NCBI GenBank assembly: GCA_951406725.2
Contig: OX597823.1
Span: 57,722,001 to 57,786,000, forward strand
DNA length: 64,000 bases
From: Octopus vulgaris
Taxonomy: Eukaryota
Reading direction: 5' to 3'
Of this stretch, positions 38,751 to 53,157 are shown one piece after another (position 1 is the first letter of the stretch; every line of letters begins with the position of its first letter). A program made the translations under genes and the position numbers. The notes under the pieces are model-generated. The model saw nothing but the letters and a program-made list of their open reading frames with translations, had not been told where the DNA came from and did not search any database.

Positions 38751-38849
<99 letters not shown>

Positions 38850-38913
38850 GTCATTCTTTCTATTCTTCCGTTCGTCCATCAGCCCGTCTGTATATCTGTC
38901 TGTCCGTCTGTCC

Positions 38914-38957
<44 letters not shown>

Positions 38958-39015
38958 TTCTGTCTGTCTGTCTGTCTATCTTTCTCTCTCTCTCTCTATT
39001 TATCTATCTATCTAT
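38495..39015. repeat. Compound tetranucleotide microsatellite (GTAT)n/(CTAT)n/(CTGT)n; similar arrays at 11523-11619, 16925-17270, 30903-31017
   Basis: Direct inspection. Confidence 0.95.
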
Positions 39016-39654
39016 TGCATACACGCACATACAACAACCGCCATCCGTATTTACGCTGTATACGCTTACGTATCAGCTGTAGCTACAGTTTATATACGTA
39101 TAATTTAATGATGAGTTTGCCTGTCGTTAATTACGAAGCATTTTAAATATTTTCATTTCTAGAAAGTAAATTGCTTTATCATAAAATCTGAATGTCTAAA
39201 TTAAAATTTGTTTAAAGACTGTTAGTTCAAACATTTATATTCCATTGACCTAACTATCTTTCTATTGCCGTATTTATCTGACTCCATCTATTCTTTCTTC
39301 TACACACATTCTCATTATCTAACATACATACACACGCATACGGGCATACGGTATGTATGTATGTATGTATGTATTTATGTATGTATGTATGTATGTATGT
39401 ATGTATATATGTATGTGCATTCATATATATGCACATACATGAATGTATATATATACGTATATATATATATATAAATGTGTGTGTGTATTTACGTACATAT
39501 GAATGTATGTTTACACGAATATATTTATCATACATACATATATATATATGTGTGTGTGTGTGTATATATATATATATTCATATGTACATATGTATATGTA
39601 TATGTAATTTTTCATAGATATATACATGAATATTGTATCTACGGATAAATATGA

Positions 39655-39688
<34 letters not shown>

Positions 39689-41886
39689 ATGCATATATGT
39701 ACGTTTATACATATATCGATTGGTTTATCTGTAAGTTTATCAGATTATCTATGTATTTATCTATATGTTTATCCCTTATATATCTGTCACTCTATTCACC
39801 CCTATTCACTTATAAAGATATTACATTGGAAAGCTCACAACAAAATAATATTGAAATAGTTTTTGCATCTAATAGTACATTTTTTTGCACGAAATCTCAC
39901 CTTCCTAATTGGCATAGAATCTCTCTTAACATTTTAAGTGCTGCCGAGAACAACTTTCACGTTTCCATTATGACTAGATTAAATATTACCTTTGTCAAGG
40001 AATTTTTCGATCAAATTATGAAAGAATAGAGTACAAAGCATACAGAAACCACACTTAAAAGCTTTAGGATCTGTTTTGCGATGAGGTGAACCACTTATTT
40101 CAAGCGAGTGACCTGTATCTATTCCCAAAAGATTTTTCTTTTAACTAAGTGGATAACTTTATTATTTTCAAACATTTGTGTGTTTCTTTCATTGTGTGCA
40201 TGTGTGTTTGTGTGTGTATGTGTGTGGGTGGGTGTGCGTGTGAGTAAATATATTTGTATACGTGTCCGTGGTCTTTACCATTGCTCTTTCAATTAAGAAT
40301 AACTGCAACAAAAAGTCTCCGTCAATTTATCTGTATCACTTTTATTTAAGCATAACTGCTCTCGTCTACCTTTGATGTAAACTCAAAATGGCTGCTACTA
40401 TCCTTTTTACATATTCTCTTTAGATAGTGATCATCGGAAGATTTGTCTAGTGCAGTTCATTCCACACCAGTTGTATTGATTATTGTATCACTCGATGTTG
40501 GGCCAGACTTCTATACACCAAAACCACGGAACTTGCCAAAAGTATCCCTTCCGCTTATTTGGCAAATGGTTATTATTGTCTGGACCGAGCAAAATGGCGA
40601 ATCTCACTTGTACTGTAACACTCTTATCGCTCAATGAAGCATTAATGTACACGTAGATATCTACATTTTTCTCTTTCTATCTTTCCCCCTTAGTCTCTCA
40701 TTTACTCTTAATCTATATTTCCATAAAGAAGCATAAACACACACACACACACACACACACATAATGATCACAAACTCTGACATACATATTAATAAAGCAC
40801 ATACATCGACAGAGGCATATACATACATGCACACACACATGCGCACTCACGCACACACACACACATACGTACATAGATATACGCGCATGCACACATACAT
40901 ACCTGAATGCTGACCAACAGATAAAAACTCACATTCACACTCACTCATATAAACATATACGCCTATGTACTGAATCACAGATACACACACTGACACAGAT
41001 ACACATGTATGGTTATACCTGCATACAGACTCATGAATGCACGGACATACACTAGGACAACTCACAGGCAAATACTAATAAAGCACATATATAAAGCACA
41101 CACACACACACAGAAGACATATGCATACACACACATATACTTAAAAACATCGAGACAAAATATAGCAAAAAAAAAGAGAGGGGGTGGGAATCCTGTGTGA
41201 GAATAAGTGAAGATACGTATATGCGTGTGTATATGCTTTTAGAATTGTATGTAAATGCATATGTGATACATAAATAACCCATGCACTTATACATACATGC
41301 ATACTTACATACTTCCGTATATACATGCATGCATGCATATACATATACATATATAATTACATATAAATAAACACATATATATACATGTATACATATGTGT
41401 GTGTGTCTTTCTGTGTGTCTTTGTGTGTGTGTAACTATGTATATATGTGTGTGTGTATATATACATAGGAAAACATGGAAGTAAAGCTCTGAACATATTG
41501 AATAGAATACAAACAATCTCAGCCTGGAAGGAACCGAGGAACGAAACATTAAGTTATATATATATAAAAATAAAATAAAATAAAATATTATAAGTCAAAA
41601 AAACCCAAAAAGAAGCGATAAGAAAGACACGGAATTAGTGATGAGCTTGCGGTAGTTGGTATCTATTCACAGATGGCATCTGTAAAAATATGAAAATTTG
41701 TGTAGCGTTAGCCAAGGTCAGTTCTTGATGTATCGTCCAAAGAACTTCAAAACAAGATTTTGAGTGCTGGAATTGAATACTGGGAATTTATTTAGTTTGG
41801 TGCTTGTTCTGCACACACACACACACACATACACACACGCACGCACACACACAATCGCGCACGCACGCACACACACACGCACACAC

Positions 41887-41950
<64 letters not shown>

Positions 41951-42059
41951 ATGCACTCAAGCATTGTATTCACTTGCTCACGAGACTGTCATTAAGAAGT
42001 TCGCTATGCACTCACGTGATTATATACATACATGCATACACATACATATTATATACATA

Positions 42060-42104
<45 letters not shown>

Positions 42105-42335
42105 AGAGAATGTGCCTATGTACACACATACACACACACACATATATATAAATATATTTTACTTGATTCAGTCATTAGCCTGCGGCCATGCTGAGGCACC
42201 GAAGAAATTTTTGCGCATATATGCATAATATGCATACATATATGTATGTATATACATACATATATGCATACATACATACATACATACATACATACATACA
42301 TACATACATACATACATACACACACACACATATAT

Positions 42336-43211
42336 AGGGAGCAAAAATGCAAAAATGCACGAAAATTCTCGTCAAACGACAAGGGAACTGTCAGAGGAAA
42401 TGGAATGTTCCGACACTGCTATAGAGAAGCATCTTCACTCGATGGGAAAGGTTCCGAAGTATGGAGCATGGGTTCCGCATGCTTTAAGTGACAACAAGAA
42501 TAATCAACGAGTCACAGTCTCCGCTGGTTTGCTTGCTCGTCATCGCTCAACTCATGGACTCAAGCAATGATTTCTTTACCGAATCGGTACTGGCAACAAA
42601 AAAATGGTGCCTCTACATCAATATGAAGCAGCGTAAGGAACGGCTTAGCCCCGGTAAACAAGCGACACTGCGCGTGAAACAAGATCTTCATCCACGTAAA
42701 CGATGTTTTTCCTATAGTGGAACTGGGAAGGGATTATCCATTACGAATTGCTTGAAGGGAATCAAACGGTCAACGCGGAACTCTATGTTCAACAGATGGA
42801 ACGACTCAACACGGCTATTCAAGAGAAAAGACCTAATCAGAAGCATAGAGTTCTACTGCCAATATGACCAAGGAAGCCATTCAAACGCATGGCATGGGAA
42901 GTGCAGCCACACCCGCCGTACTCTCCTGATTTGGCACAAACCGATTTCCCCTTCTTTCGATCTCTTCCAAATGCTATACACGGGTTTCGTTCAATTCTGA
43001 TGCAGAATTGAGAGCTTGGTTGGGTCAATTTTTCGAGTCGAAATCGGGTGATTTCTACCAACGATGTATTGAAAATCTTGTTGAACGTTGGGAAGTTGTA
43101 AACAACAAGGGTGAATACATTATTGATTAATTAGTTGGTTTTTTTTTTATTAAATCCTTTTAAAATATTGAAAAAAAAAAAAAAAAAGCGGGAACTTAGT
43201 TGCCAACCCAA
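42336..43211 (+). mobile_element. Mariner (DD34D) transposase pseudogene with 3' TIR
   Basis: QTTRELSEEMEC...GAWVPHAL (WVPHEL motif), KWCLYINMK, HPPYSPDLAQTDF; stops and frameshifts; ends gaacttagttgccaacccaa-TA. Confidence 0.9.
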
Positions 43212-43586
43212 TATATACTGATGTTCACCTCGTTGAATTTTTAAATTTCAAATTTTTCTTTGTAATTTATCATCGTCATCATCATCATCACCGCCGCCGC
43301 CTCCGTCGTCGTTTTTGTTATTATTATTGTTGTTGTTGTTGTGCTTTAGTAATCATTATTCTTATAACAGGAAGCTGTTTCAAAATTTTTGTTACCATCA
43401 TTCTTCCTCTTGCGGAAATGTCACTAATAAATATCACGACGAAAGAAATGAATGCCTGTTACTCCCTTGCACTTCGATGTTACTCTCACTTGAGTTGATA
43501 CATTGTCTTTAGTTCAACAAAATACCGTTTATTTATTGTGTGTTTCATATTTAATCCTCATTTTATATTACACATATCTTTACCAG

Positions 43587-44093
43587 ATCCTTGCTAGTAA
43601 CAACAGATTGAAAAATGTCAACAAAGATATTGGATTTATGGAGAAATTACGAATAATAAACTTCAGAAATAACATCCTAAATAAAATACCTGCTTCTATC
43701 TCCAGTCTGCAATGCCTAGAGTCGCTTGATATCACAAACAACAACGTAAAAAACCTACCTCCTGCAATCCATAAATGTATTGCATTAAAATCTATATATG
43801 CCTCAGAAAATCGTATTCGATCGCTTCCAAAGAAAATTCATTTAGTACCATGGCTGGAATATTGCGATTTCACTTACAATTCCATAAAATCTATAAGAAA
43901 AACTCTCTATATGTCACCGGCTACATTCGATTTCAGTTACAATAAATTAACAAAACTCCCAGAAGTTGCAGGAAAAAAAAGACCAAAGGTGAAGTCGATC
44001 CATGTCCCATATAACTTAATCTCGAAAATCCCCGATAATATACATAAGATGGAAATTCTGGTTTACGTTGATCTTTCGCACAATCAACTCGAG
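43587..44093 (+). CDS. LRR-only protein gene, coding exon 2 (169 codons, ~8 LRRs)
   Basis: Within ORF 43503..44117; acceptor tctttaccag|ATC, donor GAG|gtacgt, both phase 0; repeats such as LESLDITNNNVKNLPPAIHKC fit LxxLxLxxNxLxxLPxxI. Confidence 0.9.
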
Positions 44094-44528
44094 GTACGTA
44101 TTTTTTTAATTCTTTAATTCAAAAGTTGAAGTATTCATATCGAAGCTTTCCACGTATACTTTGCTTAATATCTATCTTATCAAATTCATAAGGGAAATTT
44201 TGTGGAAGATCGGTTATCAACATTTGACACGAGAGCAGACCTCAGTATAAATGTAACAACAGTTACTGTTAAGTTATCTCTACTGATTTTCTATGGAATT
44301 TATAACCAGTAGTGAATGTTACGACGTTTCGTATCCGAATACGTCTATGTAAGCAATGCGATCGAAGATAGAAGAAAGAGGTTCTTGTATACGAAACGTC
44401 GTAACTTTCAGAGCTGGCTCTAAATTCTGCAGGAAATTTTTAAAGATCAACTTTAAAGTGTTTGTAACGCACTGCTAACATAAAAGTGGTACACATTATT
44501 GTATTATGTACCTTTAATATACTTGGCA

Positions 44529-44923
44529 GTGGAGGCGCAATAGCCCAGTGGTTAGGGCAGCGGACTCGTGGTCATAGGATCGCGGTTTCGATTCCCAGAC
44601 CGGGCGTTGTGAGTGTTTATTGAGCGAAAACACCTAAAACCTCCACGAGGCTCTGGCAGGGGATGGTGGTGATCCCTGCTGTACTCTTTCACCACAACTT
44701 TCTCTCACTCTTACTTCCTGTTTCTGTTGTACCTGTATTTCAAGGGGCCGGCCTTGTCACTCTCTGTGTCACGCTGAATATCCCCGAGAACTACGTTAAG
44801 GGTACACGTGTCTGTGGAGTGCTCAGCCACTTACACGTTAATTTCACGAGCAGGCTGTTCCGTTGATTCGGATCAACCGGAACCCTCATCGTCGTAACCG
44901 ACGGAGTGCTTCCATTCCATTCC
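44529..44923 (+). mobile_element. SINE family C, tail type i, young copy
   Basis: TSD aatatacttgg(c/t)a; (ttcca)n tail. Confidence 0.92.
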
Positions 44924-45245
44924 AATATACTTGGTAGCATATAATGTTTGCAAAACGAAATAGTGTCTCTACCAGCAATTAATTGAACCTACTGTAATAC
45001 AACATATATATGGACCACCATATATACGTTATAGGTGGTATATATGTTATAGGTGATATAGTTGTAGGTGGTACATGAACCAGTTTCTCAATTCATAGAT
45101 AACCCGATAAATATTTGCAGGGAATCATCTCTGGTCTTATCAGTGAATACGAGCTCATTGAAGTTCAGGTCCTAGTCTCCATTCCTAGCTTCATGTACAC
45201 TATGTGATCAAAAGAATCTACCTTCACACACACATAATATATGTA

Positions 45246-45388
45246 TAGCTGTAAAATCTCAAGAAGAGATCAGAGGATCTGTCTGGGGTTAACCAAGTAG
45301 TAGTACAGAATAGCCACTTTGATGTGGCGACTGATTTTACTTGTTAGTATAGTTACTACTCTGATCTCTTCTTGACATTTTACAACTA
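45246..45388. repeat. Short fold-back element with 30-bp inverted arms
   Basis: tagctgtaaaatctcaagaagagatcagag / ctctgatctcttcttgacattttacaacta. Confidence 0.75.
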
Positions 45389-45779
45389 GTTATTTTGCTT
45401 GTTGCAAATCAGTGACCGATGGTCGCTTTGATTACAATATATTGTTGGCTGGATTGAACTCTGGCTATCGCTTTGTCGGACAGGTACTCGCGACTGAAGC
45501 TAGACCAAATAGCCCGAAACTGAGTCAGTCTCGTGATCGTGTTACCTGCTAGAAGGGCGCTAGGTGATCACTTCCACTGCTAAAAATATATATTGCATAT
45601 AAAAGGTGCAGCGTCGCACCTATAATCAGCCGGCGGAGGATTTGCCTGGAATTAAACTAGTAGTAACATGGAACAGCCACTATGATGTGGCGATCTACTA
45701 TACATATATAATATAACCTCATATATACATATGTGTATAAATGAATATGTATATAGAAAGTATGTATTTCTACGTTATA

Positions 45780-45817
<38 letters not shown>

Positions 45818-46323
45818 CACACATACACACATTTATATATGCATATAATCATGCATAGACACACATGCAAACGAATACACATACATACATATATATTGTC
45901 CTTTAACAATAATAGTATAGATAGCATCTTCGAAGTTTCAGCCGACTAAACCATCATCGAACTGGTTGTATTTTCCAAGGCTCTGACAAATCTATTCTTG
46001 TTAAATAACAATATATAATTATATTCTAACAAATGTGAAGGTGCATGGCTCAGTGGTTAGAGTAAGTCTTGGGTTCAATTTGTCGCTACTAAAACCCCTT
46101 AGGATGGTGCTTCATCCTGGCCGCAGACAAATGATTGGAACAAATAAAAGAAAACAATAAAAGAAAAATATACAGTATATGTGTGTGTGTATGTGAGTGT
46201 ATGTGTGTTACATAATGGTGTAATACACAAGGAAACCATTCACAAATTTCCAGGTACGCTTATAACATTTGATGAATGTACACTGGAGTACATGAACCCT
46301 TCAAGTGTGTGTATGTATGAGCA

Positions 46324-47489
46324 TAGTGGCGGATGAAAAGGGCCTTGTAAGGAAGATTGTTTTCGAGAAGATACATTTTTCCCTGCTGGTCCGAAGACAG
46401 GGTTGACCCACTCGGAGAAGAATTGCCTGGTGACTCAGGCTTTAACTTTTCCCCTCCACATTACTTGCGGCTTCTCCTTCAGGATTTTGTGCGACTTGAA
46501 CGCTCGTGCGTTTTTGGACTGGAAGAAAAAAAGCGGCTTAATCTTCAAGTCTCCACTATCATTGACGCAAAGGGCGAGAGTTAGCCCATCTTTCATATAG
46601 TTGTGTCCTGTAATTTTCATCTCCTCTGCAATTATGTAGGTTCTTCTGGGCATTTTTTTTTCATAAAAATGGTCAGTTTCATCACAGCTGAATGCCTGTT
46701 GTGCGATGTACCTCTCGGCTGAGATGAGCTGACGGTATTCCGGTATTCACACAAGCGTAAGAGCTCGCTGCTTCTCCATACATGACTCTTTATCAGCCCC
46801 CTTCTTGAAATTATCAAACCAGCCGAGACTGGCCTTAAATGCGTCTGCTGATGTCTCCTCCGTGGATGTTCCAGGGATCTGCTTCAGGAAACACGTGCTT
46901 TCTCACAGATGATGGTCTCCACAGGAGAATCAATTTTCCCATTCTTTCGTGGACCGATATGCGTTGCTTGGGTAGCATGTAGACTCCCATTGCTAATTTA
47001 ACGGCCTTGATCTCGTCCTTTTTCTACCGTTTGGTGCAGATCATCGACGTGTTTCGGTCGAATTAACGTGCTATGTCCATTACACACACTCCTCTTTCAT
47101 GTTTATCAAATATTTCCTCCTTCATTTCTATCGTAATCAACTTTTTCTTCTTCTCAGTATTGTCCTTTACAGTAACCTTCTTAGGACCCAACTAATTAAC
47201 ACAAGTAATTATTATAAAATAATAGCAAAATATGCACAAAACTAAACAAAAACACTGGCAAAAACGCGAGGGATGCTGCCACAACGAGATAAATTTGTGA
47301 ACTGAGCAAGCGGAGACTGGGTTTGTCAGGACAAAGTGTGCGAGCTTAGCGCCGACTAGCGGTCGCTTGTATGAAATTCACTCGTACTGCGGATTTCTGC
47401 TCGTACTTCAAGACAAAAATTCGCACGAGCCTCGGCATGTGCAGCAAATTACTCGTGCATTGGTGCACTCCTACTGCGAGGTTCCATTG
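46324..47489 (-). mobile_element. Tigger/pogo DNA transposon 5' portion (CENP-B-like transposase pseudogene)
   Basis: Terminus TA-caatggaacctcg on the minus strand; translation GPKKVTVKDNTEKKKKLITIEMKEEI..., FKASLGWFDNFKK, MPRRTYIIAEE...KDGLTLALCVNDSGDLKIKPL. Confidence 0.87.
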
Positions 47490-48580
47490 TATTTAAGTAA
47501 ACGTTGGGCTTCTTTCGCTTTCTGTCAAAGATATTCATCCACATTCCTTGGGTCACCCCGTGTCGATATTAAAGGACACTTGCTTGAGACGCAACAAAGT
47601 AGGACTGAATTATTGAATTCCTTACAAGCTGAAAGCGGCGAAAAAGGCTATCACGCGCACGCACGCACACACACACACACCCTCATACACACGCACACAC
47701 ATTCATACATATACACGCACAAATATTCATACATATTAGCATATAGGATATAAATCTATACAAGTGTATACACACACACACACACGCATATAAAGTGTAT
47801 TTACGCTATACATATACATTAAATATGCATACTCTCTTATGCACACATGTTTATACGTAAACGTGTTAGAGACATATTCGTATGTATGTGCGATATTGTT
47901 TATATGATTATAATTTTTTTTATTGATATCGTAGTTCAGATGTACTTCATATGGTGTTTCTATAACGAAATCATTAGAAATCGGTTTACTGAATGAGAAA
48001 TTTTCTCATATTTTGGCCATTTGACCAATCTTGTTCTCTGGCAGCTATTGTTTCTTTGATTCGTCTTAACTAGCGAAAAAGTTTTTGTTGAAATCGTTAA
48101 CTTTATTCAAAAGCTAGAAGTTAATTCATCACGTGAAATTCAGCCAGGAACAATATGGTTTGAGGCAAAGACAAGACAAGACAAGACACAACCAAAACAA
48201 CAACAACAACAACAGCAGCAACAAAGAACTAAAGTACCATTACTGCGACATTCGCATTCATCATCACCATTATCACTAGCTAAACTACCGCCACCGCCAC
48301 CACCACCACCACCCATACCACCATCAGCGGCAGCAGCAGCACTATAACTACCGCCTTCACTGTGAAGAACGTCAGCGAAGAAGGTGACGATGTGGGAGGT
48401 AGCAACAAAAGGAACTGCACAATTATGTTATTGTAAAACAATTGTGTTATCGGGCAGAATTGAAGAAATATAAGTAAGTCGTGAATAGCCAATTTAATTG
48501 CAAATTCTATGAATAATAAGGAAATATAAACATCTTGCGATGAACCGAGAGACGGCCGTCCATCCTTACGGCATCAGCAC

Positions 48581-48622
<42 letters not shown>

Positions 48623-50091
48623 TATACACGTGGGTGGCGCCAGTGGCATTCTCAATACAAGAAAACAACGTCATCCCATGCGATGAGGGGGGAAAACGAT
48701 GAATTTAAACAACTACAACAAAGACCGCCTTTAACCTTGATTGAAGGAAGGAAATATTGCTTTGTATTCTAAACTAGATAATTTCTGATTTGAATTGTTA
48801 ACAAACCAACTGTGATTGACAATATTTACTGGGCAGGGAAATATTTATGAGTACTTAAGGGCCAAACGTCTGGCATCATGTAAATTACAATATCTCTTTA
48901 GCATTGCGCCCCACCAACCTATCTTCTACAGTTTGATGGACATCACGCATATGAGTTACACAGAGCAAAACTACGCCAAAAGCATACCATAGTTTCGATT
49001 TCATTCCTCTGTAATTCAACGTAAATTTGGCGGAACACGCAACAATATTACACCACCAATATTTGCTATCGTCGTTGTTATTTAGCCTCAGTTCAAAACT
49101 AACCGTTCAGACCAACAATGGTAAATGACATTCCAACCGTGACCATCATCTCTTTTGAACCGTTTGCAGATCTACATTAGGTGATGCGTTATTTCCTTAT
49201 TGAAGAATTTTACACTATCAATAATTGTTGCTACTTTGGCGCCAGATAATCTCCGTGTTTACCTGGGTGCACGGCCTAGTGATTAGAGTGCTGTACTCGA
49301 AATAACTGTCTCACGGCCGAGGTTTCGATTACAGGACCCAGCGGTGCATTGTGGTTTTGAGCACCGCTTTTCATTCCACGTTGCTCTGTGATCACTTCGA
49401 CATCATACACGTGTCACACCGTGTACTTTTACATGTGTTATGTCGCACGTTCGGGTGCCTTCTACTCAACTCGACTCCGACTGCTACTCTACTCTGCTCT
49501 CTCGACTCTCTACTCTGACGTCTAGACTTCTCCTTCTATATCTACATATTGGGCTAGCCTACTTCATCGTCTGGGGGCGTCCACACAATATCAGGTAATG
49601 TCGATTTGATGGAAGCAGTGTTCAAATATTCTATCACGCTTTAATCAAGCTATTTGTGCAGGTTGTTCAGAAAGAAATTGCAGAATCATCTTTCTCGAAC
49701 TCGAGTGTCCTCTAACAAACAAACTCGGAGTGAAAATTGATACAAAACAATTCCATTCCAGTGGTGATCATCCCGAAAGAATAATCTGTGCAGTGTGTCG
49801 TATCTTTATTGAAGAATTCTACAGAATTAAAAGTGGAATTTGTTTTTAGTCATGCATGAAACTGTTCAGATCAACATATAATCAACAGTATTCTAGCCAC
49901 AAGCATCCTATCTTTTCAACGGTATGTAGGTCTACGTTATGCACTATGTCATTTCTTTGTGACAGTATGGTGTAATTTGAGGGAGATATGAGTGGTATGC
50001 CTCTCAGATTGGGCGACCACAAAGACGAACTACATCGAATCATCTAGGTCGTGTCTAAATAGAATATTCTTTAGGCCAGAAGATACAGATA

Positions 50092-50854
50092 TTATGTTCT
50101 TTTGCTTTCTGTGGTAGGGACGCGTTCCACTGGTCTGGTATCCATTTGCGGTCCACGCCTGCTGAATGGACGGATTGGCATGCTGTGACTGCTCATGCGC
50201 AGACATACGCTGGGGCCACGTCGTCTCCAGCGCTTCCTTGACGGTGAGCAGGTGTGGTCACTGTTTGTCAGACAGAATTTTGCACAGCTCACATCTGTAA
50301 CTGAGTTGCAGTCTTGGATCAGGCGTAGAGCGAGGTAGGGCACCTGACACCAAGAATGACATTAAGTGCTCACAGTCCTCTGATAGTCGGACAATGCGGT
50401 CGGTCGAAGTTCAACTCTGGGATACTGCAGAGAGTTAGTGGCGGGGTAAAGTGCGACTATTTAAAAGGGCTAAAAACAGATACTTTCCACTTTGGCCAAG
50501 CCCTCATCAACTTTTAAAAGTTTTACTTGAAAAGGGGCGCGAGGATAACGAGGGAAGAGCTGCCTCCCAGCAATCTTTCTAAAAGGTTGCAAGAATGGTC
50601 CGAGTAATCTTGCTTCTGTAGGTTGAAGAAGGACGATCTGGTGGGGGCACTTGCCCTAGTGATCAGGATAACCGTGGTTCTGTGGGATCTCCACAAGCAA
50701 CCGTAAAAAGTCTTCTTTTGGGGAATTATTCATTGTTATAATTTTATATTATTAGTCTTTCATTTTTTACACGTTTTTTTTTATGTAACCTCATATTATA
50801 TTGTCCTGTATAGTCCCTAAAGTGTTTTTAACCTTTGGCGTTTAATAAAGAGAA

Positions 50855-50855
<1 letters not shown>
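50092..50855 (+). mobile_element. L1/Tx1-like LINE ORF2 3' fragment with 3'UTR, ending at (ATT)n
   Basis: FFCFLW*GRVPLV...ICGPRLLNGRIGML*LLMRRHTL...LQRFLDGEQVWSLFV resembles the post-RT region of L1/Tx1 (F.FLW.G, GGLG.P); ends aataaagagaac then (att)n. Confidence 0.6.
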
Positions 50856-50914
<59 letters not shown>

Positions 50915-50916
<2 letters not shown>

Positions 50917-51425
50917 TGTAGTATATTTTTTTATCGTGCTTTCGCTTCACTACCGAGCGCAGCTCTGTGTGCCTTGGGTATGTGCTGTGATTTATTGTGA
51001 TGCTCTGATGATTATTGAATGGAAAGTGTTGTGCGTAGGATGTGTGCAGTGCCTAGTAGTGCAATTTTCTGTATGTTATATGTGTTTGTAAGTCCTGGTG
51101 TTTTTGTTATGTATTTGTCTGAATATTTTTTTATCATGTCTAATGCACCTATTATGATAGGAATTGCTTCTGTTTTTAGATTCCACATTCTGGTTACCTC
51201 TATTTCCAGGTTTTTGTATTTTGAAAGTTTCTCCATTTCTTTTAGAGACACGTTGTCATCCGCTGGTATTGATACATCAATTAGAAAACCTTTTTTTTTC
51301 TTCATGATCTCTGACAACTATATCTGGTCTGTTGGCCTTAATTTCTCTATCTGTATGTATTGGCATATCCCAGAGTATGGTTGCTTTCTCATTTTCTGTG
51401 ACCTTTTCTGGTGTGTGCCTATACC

Positions 51426-51479
<54 letters not shown>

Positions 51480-52165
51480 CATTCAGTAGTTTTATTTTTA
51501 TAGCGTGCTTTCACTTCACTACCGAGCGCAGCTCTGTGTGCCTTAGGTATGTGCTGTGATTTGTTGTGATGCTCTGATGGTTATTGTATGGAAAGTGTTC
51601 TGCGTAGGATGTGTGCAGTGCCTTGTAGTGCAATTTTCTGTATGTTATATGTGTTTGTAAGTCCTGGTGTTTTTGTTATGTATTTGTCTGAATATATTTT
51701 TATCATGCCTAATGCACCTACTATGATAGGAATTGTTTCTGTTATTATTATTATTGTTGTTGTTGTTGTTGTTGTTATTATTATTATTATTATAGGTGTG
51801 TGCCTATACCATCTTTTTCTGTTGTTATTCCATAATGTTGGCATAGTTTCCAGTGTATATAGGTCCCAACTCTGTCGTGTCTGTGAATATTTTCCTTCTT
51901 AGCCAGGACTGGGCAGCCAGAGATAATATGATTTATTGTTTCTTGTCTATCTCCACATATTCTGCAGTTACTTGTTATATTTCTTTTCATTACATGTTTT
52001 TGGTAATTTCTGGTGGGGAGGCTTTGGTCTTGTGCTGCAATTAAAAATCCTTCTGTCTCTGCTTTGAGTCCTGAGCTTCTCAACCATTGTTGGGATTTTC
52101 TTTGTCTATTTCTTTTGCATTTAGTTTAGTCCAGTATTTGCCGTGGAGGGGCTTTTCTTGCCATC

Positions 52166-52167
<2 letters not shown>
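50915..52167 (-). mobile_element. Dong/R4-clade (RLE) non-LTR retrotransposon 3' part, interrupted by a second copy
   Basis: ETEGFLIAAQDQ...CRICGDRQETINHIISGC (CCHC finger)...RHD, then RPDIVV...LIDVSIP...EKLSKY (PD-D/ExK restriction-like endonuclease) and 3'UTR; both ends embedded in (TAA)n. Confidence 0.85.
51426..51794 (-). mobile_element. Nested insertion: 3' fragment of the same Dong/R4 family flanked by (TAA)n
   Basis: Exact 16-bp direct repeat ggtgtgtgcctatacc at 51410-51425 and 51795-51810; 51483-51741 is a near-identical copy of 50915-51172. Confidence 0.8.
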
Positions 52168-52198
<31 letters not shown>

Positions 52199-52339
52199 AC
52201 GCTTTTTGTACGACCTGATGTGTGTGTGTCACACTTCAAAGAAGTAGCAAAGCGAGAGAGAGAAGGATAGGGAGGAAATAGAGAAAGAGAGAGGAAGATA
52301 GAGAGGAAGTAAAACAGAAAGAAGACACTTACTTGTCCA

Positions 52340-53157
52340 TGGTGCGTGGCACCTTGGACAAGTGTCTTCTATTGTAGCCTCAGGTTGACCAAAAGCCTTG
52401 TGAGGAGTGGACGGAAATTGAATGGAGACCCGTTGTATGTGTGTATCATTGTGTCTGTGTTTTTCCCTCATCACTGGTTGTCAACCGGTGCTGGAGTATT
52501 AACGTTACTGTAACGTAGCAGTTCACCAACAGAGACCTATATAATAAGTATCGCATTTTAATAATAAGTACTGGAATCGATGCATTCGATTAAAATTTCT
52601 TCAAGGCTGTGCTGCAGCATGGCCGCAGTTATTGAAACAAGTAAAAGTTAAATACATCAAGTGGTAAGCTAAGCTCCCAATTTCGTTTTAGCTTCGCGAC
52701 GCAAAAATTGTATTGAGTTTATTATGCCGAAGTAATATTCAGATATATAGGCGCAGGAGTGGCTGTGTGATAAGTAGCTTGCTAACCAGCCACATGGTTC
52801 CGGGTTCAGTCCCACTGCGTGGCATCTTGGGCAAGTGTCTTCTGATATAGCCCCGGGCCGACCAAAGCCTTGTGAGTGGACTTGGTAGACGGAAACTGAA
52901 AGAAGCCTGTCGTATATATGTATATATATATATATGTGTGTGTGTGTGTTTGTGTTTGTGTGCCTGTGTTTGTCCCCCTAGCATTGCTTGACAACCGATG
53001 CTGGTGTGTTTACGTCGCCGTCACTTAGCGGTTCGGCAAAAGAGACCGATAGAATAAGTACTGGGCTTACAAAGAATAAGTCCCGGGGTCGATTTGCTCG
53101 ACAAAAGGCGGTGCTCCAGCATGGCCGCAGTCAGATGACTGAAACAAGTAAAAGAGT
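52340..53157 (+). mobile_element. Two SINE family A copies (partial 52340-52650; full-length 52750-53157)
   Basis: The second copy starts ggcgcaggagtggctgtgtg and ends gaaacaagtaaaagagt. Confidence 0.88.

Noticed and set aside
43503-43586. N-terminal extensions of the LRR ORFs as given in the track (also 59335-59367 and 20592-20620)
   Set aside because: These are intronic pyrimidine-rich sequence upstream of clear AG acceptors.
49436-49585. Possible 150-bp solo LTR (TG...CA) inside a decayed SINE
   Set aside because: No convincing 4-6-bp TSD and no second copy in the window.
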